A stretch of DNA of 50,880 bases, taken from a virus. A model generated the notes under the pieces. It saw only the letters and a program-made list of their open reading frames with translations. It was not told the origin of the DNA and ran no database searches. Position 1 is the stretch's first letter; every line of letters starts with the position of its first letter. This document shows positions 17,746 to 26,793 of the stretch, in pieces. The translations under genes were made by a program, and so were the position numbers. The stretch lies in IMG/VR virus record IMGVR_UViG_3300045988_175742; one strand, given 5' to 3'.

Positions 17746-17777
17746 CCCCCCCCCACGAATTTTTTAACTTTTGACAT
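17733..17777 (-). CDS. 14-codon leader ORF containing the G9 tract (MSKVKKFVGGGTVY)
   Basis: AGAGAGGA RBS 8 nt before ATG; the stop lies inside the hairpin. Confidence 0.4.
   Translation of the reverse strand: MSKVKKFVGGGTVY
17746..17754. repeat. Homopolymer C9 (G9 on the coding strand)
   Basis: Counted directly; between fibre-tip paralogs A and B. Confidence 0.95.
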
Positions 17778-17844
17778 TTGTATGATCCTCTCTTTCTTTA
17801 ATTCTTTTAATAAAAATCAAATAAGAAAAGATACATAAGTGCCT

Positions 17845-18219
17845 TTAGCTTTTTGTATAACGAATAATTGCTTTAAATTTATAATTTGCCCAACTGTAAT
17901 TGTTAGCAAAACGAATATTGTTTACATTCAAAATGAAATACGTCGCATAGAATGTTCCGTTATTACCATTTGCATAATAAACAACTGGGAATCTATAGAA
18001 ATCTTCTCCGTTTGTACATGTGACTTCATAATCAATGAATTCACCCAAATTACTGATTGAATGATCTATGGTGCTTACACCAACCCTAAGTCCAGTCCAT
18101 GTAATTATTTTTTCATAGATTTTTTTACCATCAATCCAATATTTTCCCGTCCAATGTTCATCTGTAGACATTTGTAGATTAAGCAATTCATTTCCATTTT
18201 TATCAATAAGTTTTGGCAT
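17845..18219 (-). CDS. Small fibre-tip/receptor-binding-like protein, paralog of 16532..16906
   Basis: 124 aa; NGNELLNL...TGKYWIDGKKIYEKII...ISNL...RYTKS. Confidence 0.6.
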   Translation of the reverse strand: MPKLIDKNGNELLNLQMSTDEHWTGKYWIDGKKIYEKIITWTGLRVGVSTIDHSISNLGEFIDYEVTCTNGEDFYRFPVVYYANGNNGTFYATYFILNVNNIRFANNYSWANYKFKAIIRYTKS

Positions 18220-18238
18220 GTTGACATCTAGGTTAAAA

Positions 18239-18379
18239 CTAGCCTAAATGCTTTTCACCACCAATCTTTTTAAAGAATGAGAAAAGGCACTTCGTTGTAC
18301 CTTTCCTATTTTTGGTAAGTTGTGTGTGTGTGTGTGTGTGTGTGTGTACAACGCACTCACGTGTTTCAAAATCTTTCAT
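18239..18379 (-). CDS. 46-aa leader-like ORF containing the (CA)13 repeat (encodes HTHTHTHT)
   Basis: AAAGGAGA RBS 6 nt before ATG 18379; stop is 19 nt before the SD-less start of 17845..18219. Confidence 0.45.
   Translation of the reverse strand: MKDFETRECVVHTHTHTHTQLTKNRKGTTKCLFSFFKKIGGEKHLG
18321..18347. repeat. Dinucleotide microsatellite (TG)13 / (CA)13
   Basis: Counted directly: 13 CA units on the minus strand. Confidence 0.95.
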
Positions 18380-18398
18380 ATTTTTTCTCCTTTCAAAG

Positions 18399-18427
18399 AA
18401 AAAAAGAGCAGAAATAAATCTACTCTT
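18399..18427 (-). terminator. Terminator after 18420..18665
   Basis: Minus strand AAGAGTA-10 nt loop-TGCTCTT (one G-U pair) followed by T7. Confidence 0.55.
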
Positions 18428-18665
18428 TGTAATATACTGCATCCTTTAAATCAGTTTCTAATTCACTGACTGTCTTTTCAAGCTGTCCAACTCGCATTTG
18501 CAATGATGTTAATTGTGACTTCAAAGCAAACGTATCTTTTAACTTTGTCATAAAAGTTTTCAAAATATCACTTGTTAGAAACTTAGTGCTATTAGCTGAA
18601 ACAGTTGTTGAAGATGCATGTTCACTTACGTTTGAAAACAAAACTCTTTTAAAGAAATCTTTCAT
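18420..18665 (-). CDS. Coiled-coil protein downstream of the tail fibre
   Basis: 81-aa ORF. Confidence 0.55.
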   Translation of the reverse strand: MKDFFKRVLFSNVSEHASSTTVSANSTKFLTSDILKTFMTKLKDTFALKSQLTSLQMRVGQLEKTVSELETDLKDAVYYKE

Positions 18666-18688
18666 ATATAAGACCTCCTCCTAATTGA

Positions 18689-19312
18689 TTATGCTCCAAA
18701 TACTTCAGTCCACATTGTATTTAATTCAGTATCAGTCATTGCTACTAATTTAGCGTTGATAGCTGAAGTTACTTGTGCTGCAGTTTGATATCCTGAATCA
18801 TTTGTTAATGATGATACTTTTGTTGGGATATCTGTCTTTTTAGCATAAGAGCTTAGATCCATTTCTCTCGAACCTAATTTTTCAAATTTAGAATTGATAT
18901 AGATGTATTCATCATAGATATTATTACCAGAATCACTATTAGCAACTAAATAGATAATACCTTTTTTACCAGTTGAAGGTAATGATTCGACAACTGAGTA
19001 ATCGATTTGAGTAATTCCAGATACTGCAGTAGCAATTTGACTATTTACATCAGCAGATTTAGCATAAGCAGATAAATCTACATTTACAGCTTTCGATGAA
19101 TCAGGCGTTAAAGCTGTACCATTTACTTTTACACTTTCGACTTTGTTTGCTTGAGCACCAGTAGCAATACCACTCAATTTAATTTTTTCTGCTGTTGTAT
19201 AATCATTTGTAGATAAACCTTTTCCAGATTCTTGCGCTACAAATTTTCCTTCACCCCATGCTTTAATTTTTCCTAGGGCTGTTTTTAAAATTGAATCAGT
19301 TACAAAACTCAT
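18689..19312 (-). CDS. Tail fibre protein
   Basis: GKGLSTNDYTTAEKIKL motif common in phage fibres; tail-module position. Confidence 0.7.
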   Translation of the reverse strand: MSFVTDSILKTALGKIKAWGEGKFVAQESGKGLSTNDYTTAEKIKLSGIATGAQANKVESVKVNGTALTPDSSKAVNVDLSAYAKSADVNSQIATAVSGITQIDYSVVESLPSTGKKGIIYLVANSDSGNNIYDEYIYINSKFEKLGSREMDLSSYAKKTDIPTKVSSLTNDSGYQTAAQVTSAINAKLVAMTDTELNTMWTEVFGA

Positions 19313-19340
19313 AATATATATCTCTCTTTCTATTTATTTT

Positions 19341-19919
19341 TTATTCAAATATTTCTTTCCACATATTGTCTAATTCATCATCAGACATTTCTGTGGCTGT
19401 TCCCTGCATATCTTTCCATGCAAAGTCATAATCGATATTGCTTGCTTTTTGCAATACTTGGTCTTTATTACCACCTGCTGGAAGAGTCGCAAGTTCTTTT
19501 TGTTGTAATTCTTGTTTTAAATTAATTAATTGTTCATACAGCAACTTCATGTTTGGATCCATTGGTTGTTGTTCCTTATCATCCTGATCATATTCGACAT
19601 CTTCGATTTTCAATCTAAATGGTTCAAATGTCTTAGTAGAATTATCATCACTATTTCTGCCAATCAATGTACAGGTTAATACCCCTGCTGTTTGAGTAAG
19701 ATTTTCTCCAATGATAAACAGATTTTGAAGTAATGGTATTTCAGTTACTTCATCGTCCATATCTACTTTCAAGTAGAAGTTCCAGCCATCAATGAATAGA
19801 TTTTTGTTGGTGAATTTGACAGCTGTATTGTTGCTATCATACTTTCTTCCAGCATAGAAGATATTTCTAGTACATGAATGTGATTGATTTTCATTCAGAT
19901 AGATTTCAATAATTCTCAT
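19341..19919 (-). CDS. Tail/baseplate-associated protein
   Basis: 192 aa; shares the C-terminal ELxxMWxE(I/V)F motif with the fibre. Confidence 0.55.
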   Translation of the reverse strand: MRIIEIYLNENQSHSCTRNIFYAGRKYDSNNTAVKFTNKNLFIDGWNFYLKVDMDDEVTEIPLLQNLFIIGENLTQTAGVLTCTLIGRNSDDNSTKTFEPFRLKIEDVEYDQDDKEQQPMDPNMKLLYEQLINLKQELQQKELATLPAGGNKDQVLQKASNIDYDFAWKDMQGTATEMSDDELDNMWKEIFE

Positions 19920-19922
19920 ATG

Positions 19923-20435
19923 TTAATCCTTGTAAAAGATTGCATCACTAAATGAATTGACTGTCCTAGCAATTCTATCGACACCTGAAATATTGATTCC
20001 ATTCAAATGAACTCTGAACAATTCAATTTGACGTAAAGCACCACCGTTTTCAAGATCATCTTTTGTTAATGACGGAACTGTTTCTTGTTCTCCAGGTGTA
20101 CCTTGGATGACAACAATATCGTGTGATTCTCCGTTTTCGTCAATTTTAAATTGAGCAACGATACAATCGCAACGTTTCATGTTTTGAGTACCATTTTCAA
20201 TTGGCACATCGCAATACATTCCTGGTTTGATTCTAAGAAAATGTCCTTGGTTGATAAGCAATCCATCAGCAATCCTTATTTTGTTGTTGCTGACAATAGA
20301 AGCTTCCATTTGATTGCCTTTTGTAAAAATACCATCAACTGAATATAGAGCATCGAACAAATATGCATCGATACTTGCAGATACTTCTTTTCCTGTCAAT
20401 GTAATTGCCTCAACTGCATCACTTGAATTTGCCAT
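19923..20435 (-). CDS. Tail/baseplate-associated protein
   Basis: 170-aa ORF tightly packed after the Tal-like gene. Confidence 0.55.
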   Translation of the reverse strand: MANSSDAVEAITLTGKEVSASIDAYLFDALYSVDGIFTKGNQMEASIVSNNKIRIADGLLINQGHFLRIKPGMYCDVPIENGTQNMKRCDCIVAQFKIDENGESHDIVVIQGTPGEQETVPSLTKDDLENGGALRQIELFRVHLNGINISGVDRIARTVNSFSDAIFYKD

Positions 20436-21497
20436 CTAATCACCTACCTTGTAATCAATGTCACAGTCTGTATAGTCTTTTTCAAATGTACATTTAACGA
20501 TTTTCTGCACAATAGGTTTTTGCATAGAAATACCTGTTATGTATTCTTTTGCTCCTACGATATCACCAATTTCAGGTGACAAATTATCAAACGTAATTTC
20601 TAAAGAGTTATCAGTCTGTGCTTCTTTTAATTTTGCTTTGGTTCCATCTATTAATTCTTGAATGCTTTCAACATTTGAATAGTCATATGTCATTGTATTC
20701 AGTTCACTTGGAATCATAGAGTCATCATCAATTTCACTCAATTCTAAATATTGATCATTGATTTTAAAGACATGAACAACCTGCCTTTCTTGCAAATCGC
20801 CTTTGCCTAATCCAATACAATGATTACATTGATTTATATCTTTTTTAGCGATAATCTGCAGATTGTAATCATTGTCGAATTGGAGTTTTTCGGAATAATT
20901 GATAATAGGCTCAACTGAAAGTTCAATCTGTCCATCTTTATTCCAAATAAGTTTAAGTTTGGCATTTGCATCATTTAGCATTGTTTCAAATGCTTGTAGT
21001 GTGTTGTAATAACGTGCCTGATAATTAATGGTTATTCCACTATCTTCTTGTGAAACAACAAAAAAATCAGCCAGTTTCTTTTTTAAACTTACTGATTTAG
21101 ATTTATTTTCAATATAATTGAAAAAATCAGTTGATGAATTGATATATTCTCGAATGCATTCGTTTGCTTCACCTATGAATTCATAGTATTCATCAGTTCT
21201 TTTTTTAGGCTGAATGATATCATTTGCTAGCAATTTTCTTGGGCATATACCACCTATTTTTACTTCTTCAGCCTCAGTATCTATTTCGATACTTTTTACT
21301 ATCCCACCAAATTCGGTACCGACACAATAAAACTTACTGTCATATGTCAATTTGCGGTCCCAGCTGTCCGTTGAAACAGTTATTTCAAAGTCATTTTTGG
21401 CTTTGTCATATGTTCCAATTTCCAAGTCCAGGCTGCAGTTTAACAATGGTCCTTGTTCGATTCCGTTAGGATCCGTGTAGATGAACTCCATCATCAT
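20436..21497 (-). CDS. Tail-associated (Tal position) protein, Gp37-like
   Basis: 353 aa, follows Dit; overlapping starts and stops. Confidence 0.6.
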   Translation of the reverse strand: MMMEFIYTDPNGIEQGPLLNCSLDLEIGTYDKAKNDFEITVSTDSWDRKLTYDSKFYCVGTEFGGIVKSIEIDTEAEEVKIGGICPRKLLANDIIQPKKRTDEYYEFIGEANECIREYINSSTDFFNYIENKSKSVSLKKKLADFFVVSQEDSGITINYQARYYNTLQAFETMLNDANAKLKLIWNKDGQIELSVEPIINYSEKLQFDNDYNLQIIAKKDINQCNHCIGLGKGDLQERQVVHVFKINDQYLELSEIDDDSMIPSELNTMTYDYSNVESIQELIDGTKAKLKEAQTDNSLEITFDNLSPEIGDIVGAKEYITGISMQKPIVQKIVKCTFEKDYTDCDIDYKVGD

Positions 21498-22321
21498 TCA
21501 TCACTCTCCCATTTTGGTTCGCTTCTTGCATCGTAGACAACGATATCAAACGAAAAGGAGTTGTTCCAAACGACAATATTTGTACCAGGTGGGATGGGAA
21601 CATACAATCTGTTGTCTTTGTTCCTGTCATTGAAAACGTTTATTTCATCACCATGTGCCGTAATTTTTACAGCTTTCTTTTTCATGGTGTCGATTTCAAG
21701 CCTTTCATTTGCTTCAAGCGTCGTATTGATTTGATAAAGATTGTCTCCTATTTTAATGGCTGGGTCTTGTGCCGGACCGTAGATTCTTAACAGAACATCA
21801 TTTTCAACGACTCCAATATTTCTAACCGTCATCTGTCCTTCACTTGCACCATACACGTAAGGGTATTTATAGGAATACTTCTTTGTTCCTGTTTTTCTGC
21901 CTTCACCTGTGCTGTAAAAATGATAGGTATCTTCCTTGATCCATTTGGTTGAATCAGTTACCAGAGTTAAATCTACCTTTGCGTATGGAAGGATATATGA
22001 CTTCATGTCTTTTTGGTTTTTAAAGATATTGCACTCTATATAGTAGTCATTATAGAAGAGTTTTCCTTTAACATTGCTTACGTTATCTACATCAAATATC
22101 TCAACGAGTCTATTTAGAGCACTGTAGAAGTCTTTTTGATTTTGGCTAAAGATATCTACACTAAGCTTTTTCGTTTCGACATCACGATAAAAGCGTGTGA
22201 CCCTTCTATTTTCAGTTTCATATGACCACTCAAAGTTAAAAAAGTCAGTTTCTTCAATATGATAAGGAGCACTTAACAAATCTATTTGCTCATTATTTGA
22301 ATTGACATAATATACTTTCAT
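21494..22321 (-). CDS. Distal tail protein (Dit)
   Basis: 275 aa immediately after the tape measure; Sipho_tail-like N-terminus. Confidence 0.7.
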   Translation of the reverse strand: MKVYYVNSNNEQIDLLSAPYHIEETDFFNFEWSYETENRRVTRFYRDVETKKLSVDIFSQNQKDFYSALNRLVEIFDVDNVSNVKGKLFYNDYYIECNIFKNQKDMKSYILPYAKVDLTLVTDSTKWIKEDTYHFYSTGEGRKTGTKKYSYKYPYVYGASEGQMTVRNIGVVENDVLLRIYGPAQDPAIKIGDNLYQINTTLEANERLEIDTMKKKAVKITAHGDEINVFNDRNKDNRLYVPIPPGTNIVVWNNSFSFDIVVYDARSEPKWESDE

Positions 22322-22333
22322 AAATGCTCCTTT

Positions 22334-25156
22334 CTAAATAATTCTGGCAAATTCACGCTTGTCTACTTTGAAAGACATTCCACTGTTTTTAATTGCTTTA
22401 GCAGTTGAATTTCCCATCTTATCATAATCTATTTTTAATTCATTTGTGACATTGCTTTCAAATGCTGTTTGTCTTGCAATATCAAGATTTGTTTTCAGTT
22501 CGATATCATCCAAATTGAAGTTCATGATACCATTCAAGTCACTTGTCATTTTTTCAAGTTCTTTGTTCATGGATTTTTGAGCTTTTGGCATGGCCACTTC
22601 AAACCCCACAGCAATACCTGGTGGTAAGAATTTACCAATGGCATCTCTCATTACTCTTGATGGCGAATTAATTCCAAGTGCACCTTTGAAGCCGTCTATA
22701 ACACCTTTTGCAAAATCTCCAATTTTTCCAAGCAACCAGTCTTTTGCATTTTTGATACCGTTCCAAATGCCCTCAACGATATATTTACCAATATCGGCCA
22801 TCTTTCCTGGTAATCCTGAAAGAGTATTGACAATTCCATCCCATAGTGATTTGGCTGCTTCAATACCTTTTGAACCCATCTTGACAACGAACTCAGCAAC
22901 CTTTCCAATAGCATTTGACAATACGCTCCAAATTTGCCCAGGTAATCCTGTAACAAAACTGATGATGCTTGATACAAAGTTTGACCCCGCTTCATATCCT
23001 TTGGAAATCAAATTCAAAGCAAACTCAGCTACTTTTCCTATGATATCAGTTATATACGTCCATATTTGGCCAGGTAATTGAGAAATCCAAGAAATAAAAC
23101 CTGTTACGAAATTTGGAACATCAACCGTTACAAATTCAACAAATTTCATTCCTAAGCTAACGATAAAACCAATTATCGAACCAATCGCATAGCCAATGTT
23201 GTATGGCAACTGATTGAAAAATTCGATTGCTGAGCTAATAAATCCTGTTAATATTTCAATGAAACTGTCAAATGCTTGCGGTATCGTTTCAGTAAAAAAT
23301 GATGCAATTGATTCTCCAAGCCCAGAAAAAAATTCAACAATCGTTTGACCGATATTGCTGAAAGTCTCTACAAGCGTGTCAATTGCACCTGGTATCGATT
23401 CAGTAAAGAATGAGACGATTGTATCTATCACAGGCCCGCATGTTGATGTTATAGAATTCCATAGATTTATCCAGAACGACCTGAAACCATCGCTTGTATT
23501 CCATAAATAAATGAATCCAGCTACCAAGGCAGCAATAGCTGCTACAATTAGGCCGATTGGATTAAACGTCATTTCGCCATTTAATAGTTTCTGCGCTAAT
23601 GCTAATCCCTTAGTTACTCCTTCGGTGAGAAGAACTATTCCTTTGTAAGTAGCAAGTGCTGTTGCTACAGTAAGAATAACAGCTGATAATGGTGTAAAGT
23701 TATCAAGTGCAACTCCTGCTACATCATAGAATAAATCTCCTAAAGGCTGAAGCTGGTCTTTGACCTTTCTAACTTTTGATTCCAATTCTTGCATTGGAGT
23801 CGTTGTTTCATCAGAAAAAGCTTCTCCTTTTCCTTTTACATCATCAAATGTAGTACCAACACTATTTAACGCTTTTGCAAATGTAAGGTTAGCATCTTCT
23901 CCCATCGTTCCGAAAGCAGTAGCTGACATTGTCAATGCTTTTTGTTGATCATCACATTTAGTAATGTCACTTACGATACTGTCGATAACATCCTTTTGAG
24001 TGGCTTTTCCATCCTGCCATGCTTTGAATGTCTTTTGTGTTTCGCTTGAAAATGAACCTAGAGCACCCTCAATAGTTCCATCAGCTAAACGAGTAGTTAC
24101 TTCATTGATGGCATCATTTACCTTATCGAGATTATACGCTCCACTATCGAAGCCATTTTTCAATAATTGGAAATATTCACTTGCTGAATATCCCGCTTGA
24201 GAGAACTTTCCTGAATACTCTGAAATGTTATCTCCTAGTTCATCAGTCCAGTCCAACCCTTCTTGAGTTCCTGCGACAATATAGTCCATTGCTTCTTGTG
24301 CAGTTAACCCAAAGTTTTTCATCAATCCTTTGACACCACGCAATGTTTCATTCATATCTACATCAAATGTATCTTCAAGAATGATTGCTTGTTGTGTAAT
24401 AGCGTTTAGAGTTCCGTCATCCATTTCACCAAGATTTCGCTTGATTCTTACAACGGCTTCGGCCACTCGGTCCATACTTTCACCAAGTCCAGCCTCATAA
24501 ACATCCTTGATGACCTGTGCAGTCTGTCTCGCTTGGTCATCCGTTTCTCCTAGAGCGCCTTTGACACGTGCAACTGAATCTTCAAAATCAGCATAGACTT
24601 CTTTTCCAATTTCAGTTCCTTGTTTAATTGCTTCTCCTATGGCTAGATATCCTGCAATCTTCGCACCGAATGATTTGACTTTGTCTTCCATTTCTTGAAG
24701 CGCTTCTTCAAAACCATCGGTGTCAGGAGGGTCTATTTTAGGTGGCTTGATATTTTCATTTGAAAAATCATCCGCTTTTTTCTTAACGTTATCTAATTTA
24801 GATGATGCTTTATCTTCAACATCAACTTTACCATCAACATCTATAGCTTTTTCAACCGCAGACGCTTCTGATTTTACTGTCTGGGCACTCTTTTCAAAAT
24901 TGGAAGTGTCCATTTTTGCACTACCTTCAACTTTTGCGTTGTCAGTAGCTTCTTTTGAAAAGCTTTCGACCTCATTTGATGCTTCATCAAGCTTCTTTTC
25001 CAATTTTTTAGTATCAGCATCAACGTTTGGCTTAGCTTCTTTTTGTGATACATCTTTAGCAAATTTATCTACTTTTTTATCAGCTGTATTGAGTTTCTTA
25101 TCAACGCTTTTATCATTGATTTCTAAATCAATAACAACTTTACCATCTGCCATCAT
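22334..25156 (-). CDS. Tail tape measure protein
   Basis: 940 aa; coiled-coil N-terminus, hydrophobic repeats, repeated GLPGQIW...AIGKVAEF units. Confidence 0.9.
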   Translation of the reverse strand: MMADGKVVIDLEINDKSVDKKLNTADKKVDKFAKDVSQKEAKPNVDADTKKLEKKLDEASNEVESFSKEATDNAKVEGSAKMDTSNFEKSAQTVKSEASAVEKAIDVDGKVDVEDKASSKLDNVKKKADDFSNENIKPPKIDPPDTDGFEEALQEMEDKVKSFGAKIAGYLAIGEAIKQGTEIGKEVYADFEDSVARVKGALGETDDQARQTAQVIKDVYEAGLGESMDRVAEAVVRIKRNLGEMDDGTLNAITQQAIILEDTFDVDMNETLRGVKGLMKNFGLTAQEAMDYIVAGTQEGLDWTDELGDNISEYSGKFSQAGYSASEYFQLLKNGFDSGAYNLDKVNDAINEVTTRLADGTIEGALGSFSSETQKTFKAWQDGKATQKDVIDSIVSDITKCDDQQKALTMSATAFGTMGEDANLTFAKALNSVGTTFDDVKGKGEAFSDETTTPMQELESKVRKVKDQLQPLGDLFYDVAGVALDNFTPLSAVILTVATALATYKGIVLLTEGVTKGLALAQKLLNGEMTFNPIGLIVAAIAALVAGFIYLWNTSDGFRSFWINLWNSITSTCGPVIDTIVSFFTESIPGAIDTLVETFSNIGQTIVEFFSGLGESIASFFTETIPQAFDSFIEILTGFISSAIEFFNQLPYNIGYAIGSIIGFIVSLGMKFVEFVTVDVPNFVTGFISWISQLPGQIWTYITDIIGKVAEFALNLISKGYEAGSNFVSSIISFVTGLPGQIWSVLSNAIGKVAEFVVKMGSKGIEAAKSLWDGIVNTLSGLPGKMADIGKYIVEGIWNGIKNAKDWLLGKIGDFAKGVIDGFKGALGINSPSRVMRDAIGKFLPPGIAVGFEVAMPKAQKSMNKELEKMTSDLNGIMNFNLDDIELKTNLDIARQTAFESNVTNELKIDYDKMGNSTAKAIKNSGMSFKVDKREFARII

Positions 25157-25172
25157 ACCACCTGCCTTTAAT

Positions 25173-25772
25173 TTATTCTTTTGGAATTCCTAACGATTCA
25201 AATAATTCTGCTTCGATTTCTTCCTGAGTTCTTTGGAATGGGTCTCCCTGTTCTTGAATGGCATAATAATCTTGAAGTTCTTTCATTCTCGCGCGTTCCT
25301 TCTTGTCTTTGATTTTTGATAGATCCGCAGTTCTATATCCAACGACCTGAACGAACTTGGTGTCGTCATTCAATCCATTAAGTAATGCTTTGAATTCCCA
25401 CCAGTGCATATTGGTTCTCAATAGATTTATGCCATACTGCTGCATGAACGCAGCAAAGATGAGGTCCATATCATAATCAAAAAGAAACCCAACTTTTTTA
25501 TTAGGTTTCTTCTCAGGTTTATCCGGTTTATTACATTTGTAGAAATCAAGAATTCCTTTCAGCAATTCTAATGAATCAACATTTTCTATGTACAATTCAT
25601 AGTTTGGAATCACCAAATCAAACAGCATAGGAATTTTATAATTTTCATCAATATACTTGTCAGAAACGATACAAGAGAATTGAATCCACGTTCTAAAATC
25701 AGTTCTTATTTCTATTTCTTGATTTTCTATTCTTATTGTTTTTTGAAGATCTCTTTTGTCTAGAATTAACAT
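25173..25772 (-). CDS. Gp15-like tail assembly protein
   Basis: 199 aa; IRTDFRTWIQF motif; upstream of the tape measure. Confidence 0.6.
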   Translation of the reverse strand: MLILDKRDLQKTIRIENQEIEIRTDFRTWIQFSCIVSDKYIDENYKIPMLFDLVIPNYELYIENVDSLELLKGILDFYKCNKPDKPEKKPNKKVGFLFDYDMDLIFAAFMQQYGINLLRTNMHWWEFKALLNGLNDDTKFVQVVGYRTADLSKIKDKKERARMKELQDYYAIQEQGDPFQRTQEEIEAELFESLGIPKE

Positions 25773-26196
25773 AATCTTTTAACCCGTATTTGTTTTTTGT
25801 GTAATCCATTTGCTTTTGAAGGTTTCCAAATTCCTTTGTAAGTGAGTTTAAACTGTCAAGCTCATTTTTGATTCTGTCTTGCTTTTCTTTTTGACGTTCA
25901 GTCGTAGCATGTTCATCAAACTTGGCTTGGATTTCTTCCGCAAGAGCTAGGATTACATAGTAAGGCTTTAAATCATCCTTATCAAAAAGATAATCGTATG
26001 ATCCTTTTCCTAACAATTCATCAATGACGACTTGACAGTCTTCAATAAAGGTATCGTCAATTGTACGATTGCCTCTGTATTTTTTGATGAACTTGTCAAT
26101 CAGCAAATGATTATCGATATTGTCAGCATCGATACTGAAAATACGATCTTTAATTTTTACATCGAATAAATTCTCTTGAATCTTGATTTCTAACAT
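25699..26196 (-). CDS. Tail assembly chaperone
   Basis: 165 aa between the major tail protein and Gp15-like; 74-nt overlap with the next ORF. Confidence 0.6.
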   Translation of the reverse strand: MLEIKIQENLFDVKIKDRIFSIDADNIDNHLLIDKFIKKYRGNRTIDDTFIEDCQVVIDELLGKGSYDYLFDKDDLKPYYVILALAEEIQAKFDEHATTERQKEKQDRIKNELDSLNSLTKEFGNLQKQMDYTKNKYGLKDYVNSRQKRSSKNNKNRKSRNRNKN

Positions 26197-26223
26197 AGTA
26201 ACAATCCCTTTCCTATTTGATTT

Positions 26224-26793
26224 CTATTTGTTTGCTGGTGTTGATGACGCACCTGATTGAGGTGAAGCAGCTGTAAATTTACCAGTTGTGTAGTCATATT
26301 CACCTGCAGTAAATTCACCAGTGGCCACATTGTATTGGCCATGTTCGGAAGCACCTTTTTGAGCAAAAGTTCCTTCCAATGCAATTTTCCCTCCACCTTC
26401 ACCAGAACCAGGATTAGATGGTTGAATTTCATATTGTCTGTGATGTGCTGCAAAACATCCAGTTGAACCTTCAACAGGTGCCCATGTTTCAATTTCATAT
26501 TCATCAAACATGGAACCAATAATTTCTTTTTTACCAACTTCATAGATATGACGAACAAACTCATTGCCAGGAATCAATTCACCTGAATATGAAACCGATG
26601 GTGTGTATGCCATCATGTTTGAGTGAGAAGTCTTTTCATTGATATATTGTCCGTCATCTGTTGAAGGATCTACAGCTTGTGTCCAATCCGTTAAACCAGT
26701 ACCAGCCAATACAGGCTTTGATACACCATCGAATTTGACATAGTGTAGGTTTTCATGACGGTTTACTACAGTATTTCTTAATGTTTGTGCCAT
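26224..26793 (-). CDS. Major tail protein
   Basis: 189 aa; position and size. Confidence 0.7.
   Translation of the reverse strand: MAQTLRNTVVNRHENLHYVKFDGVSKPVLAGTGLTDWTQAVDPSTDDGQYINEKTSHSNMMAYTPSVSYSGELIPGNEFVRHIYEVGKKEIIGSMFDEYEIETWAPVEGSTGCFAAHHRQYEIQPSNPGSGEGGGKIALEGTFAQKGASEHGQYNVATGEFTAGEYDYTTGKFTAASPQSGASSTPANK

Noticed and set aside
18239-18442. Full 67-aa track ORF starting at 18442
   Set aside because: Its 5' part overlaps the end of 18420..18665 and the terminator. The internal ATG at 18379 has a strong RBS and is preferred. Even that ORF is regarded as a leader rather than a conventional protein gene.
22590-25193. Plus-strand ORFs 22590..23081, 23760..23948, 24000..24200 and 24720..25193
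   Set aside because: They are antisense to the 940-aa tape measure gene, have low-complexity S/F/L/P-rich translations and no RBS. They are shadow ORFs.
25699-25772. Programmed -1 frameshift joining the tail chaperone ORF to the Gp15-like ORF (G/GT-type)
   Set aside because: The downstream ORF is in the +1 frame, not -1, and has its own ATG. The A_AAA_AAC heptamer in the overlap leads in the -1 frame to a TAA after two codons. They are treated as two overlapping genes.
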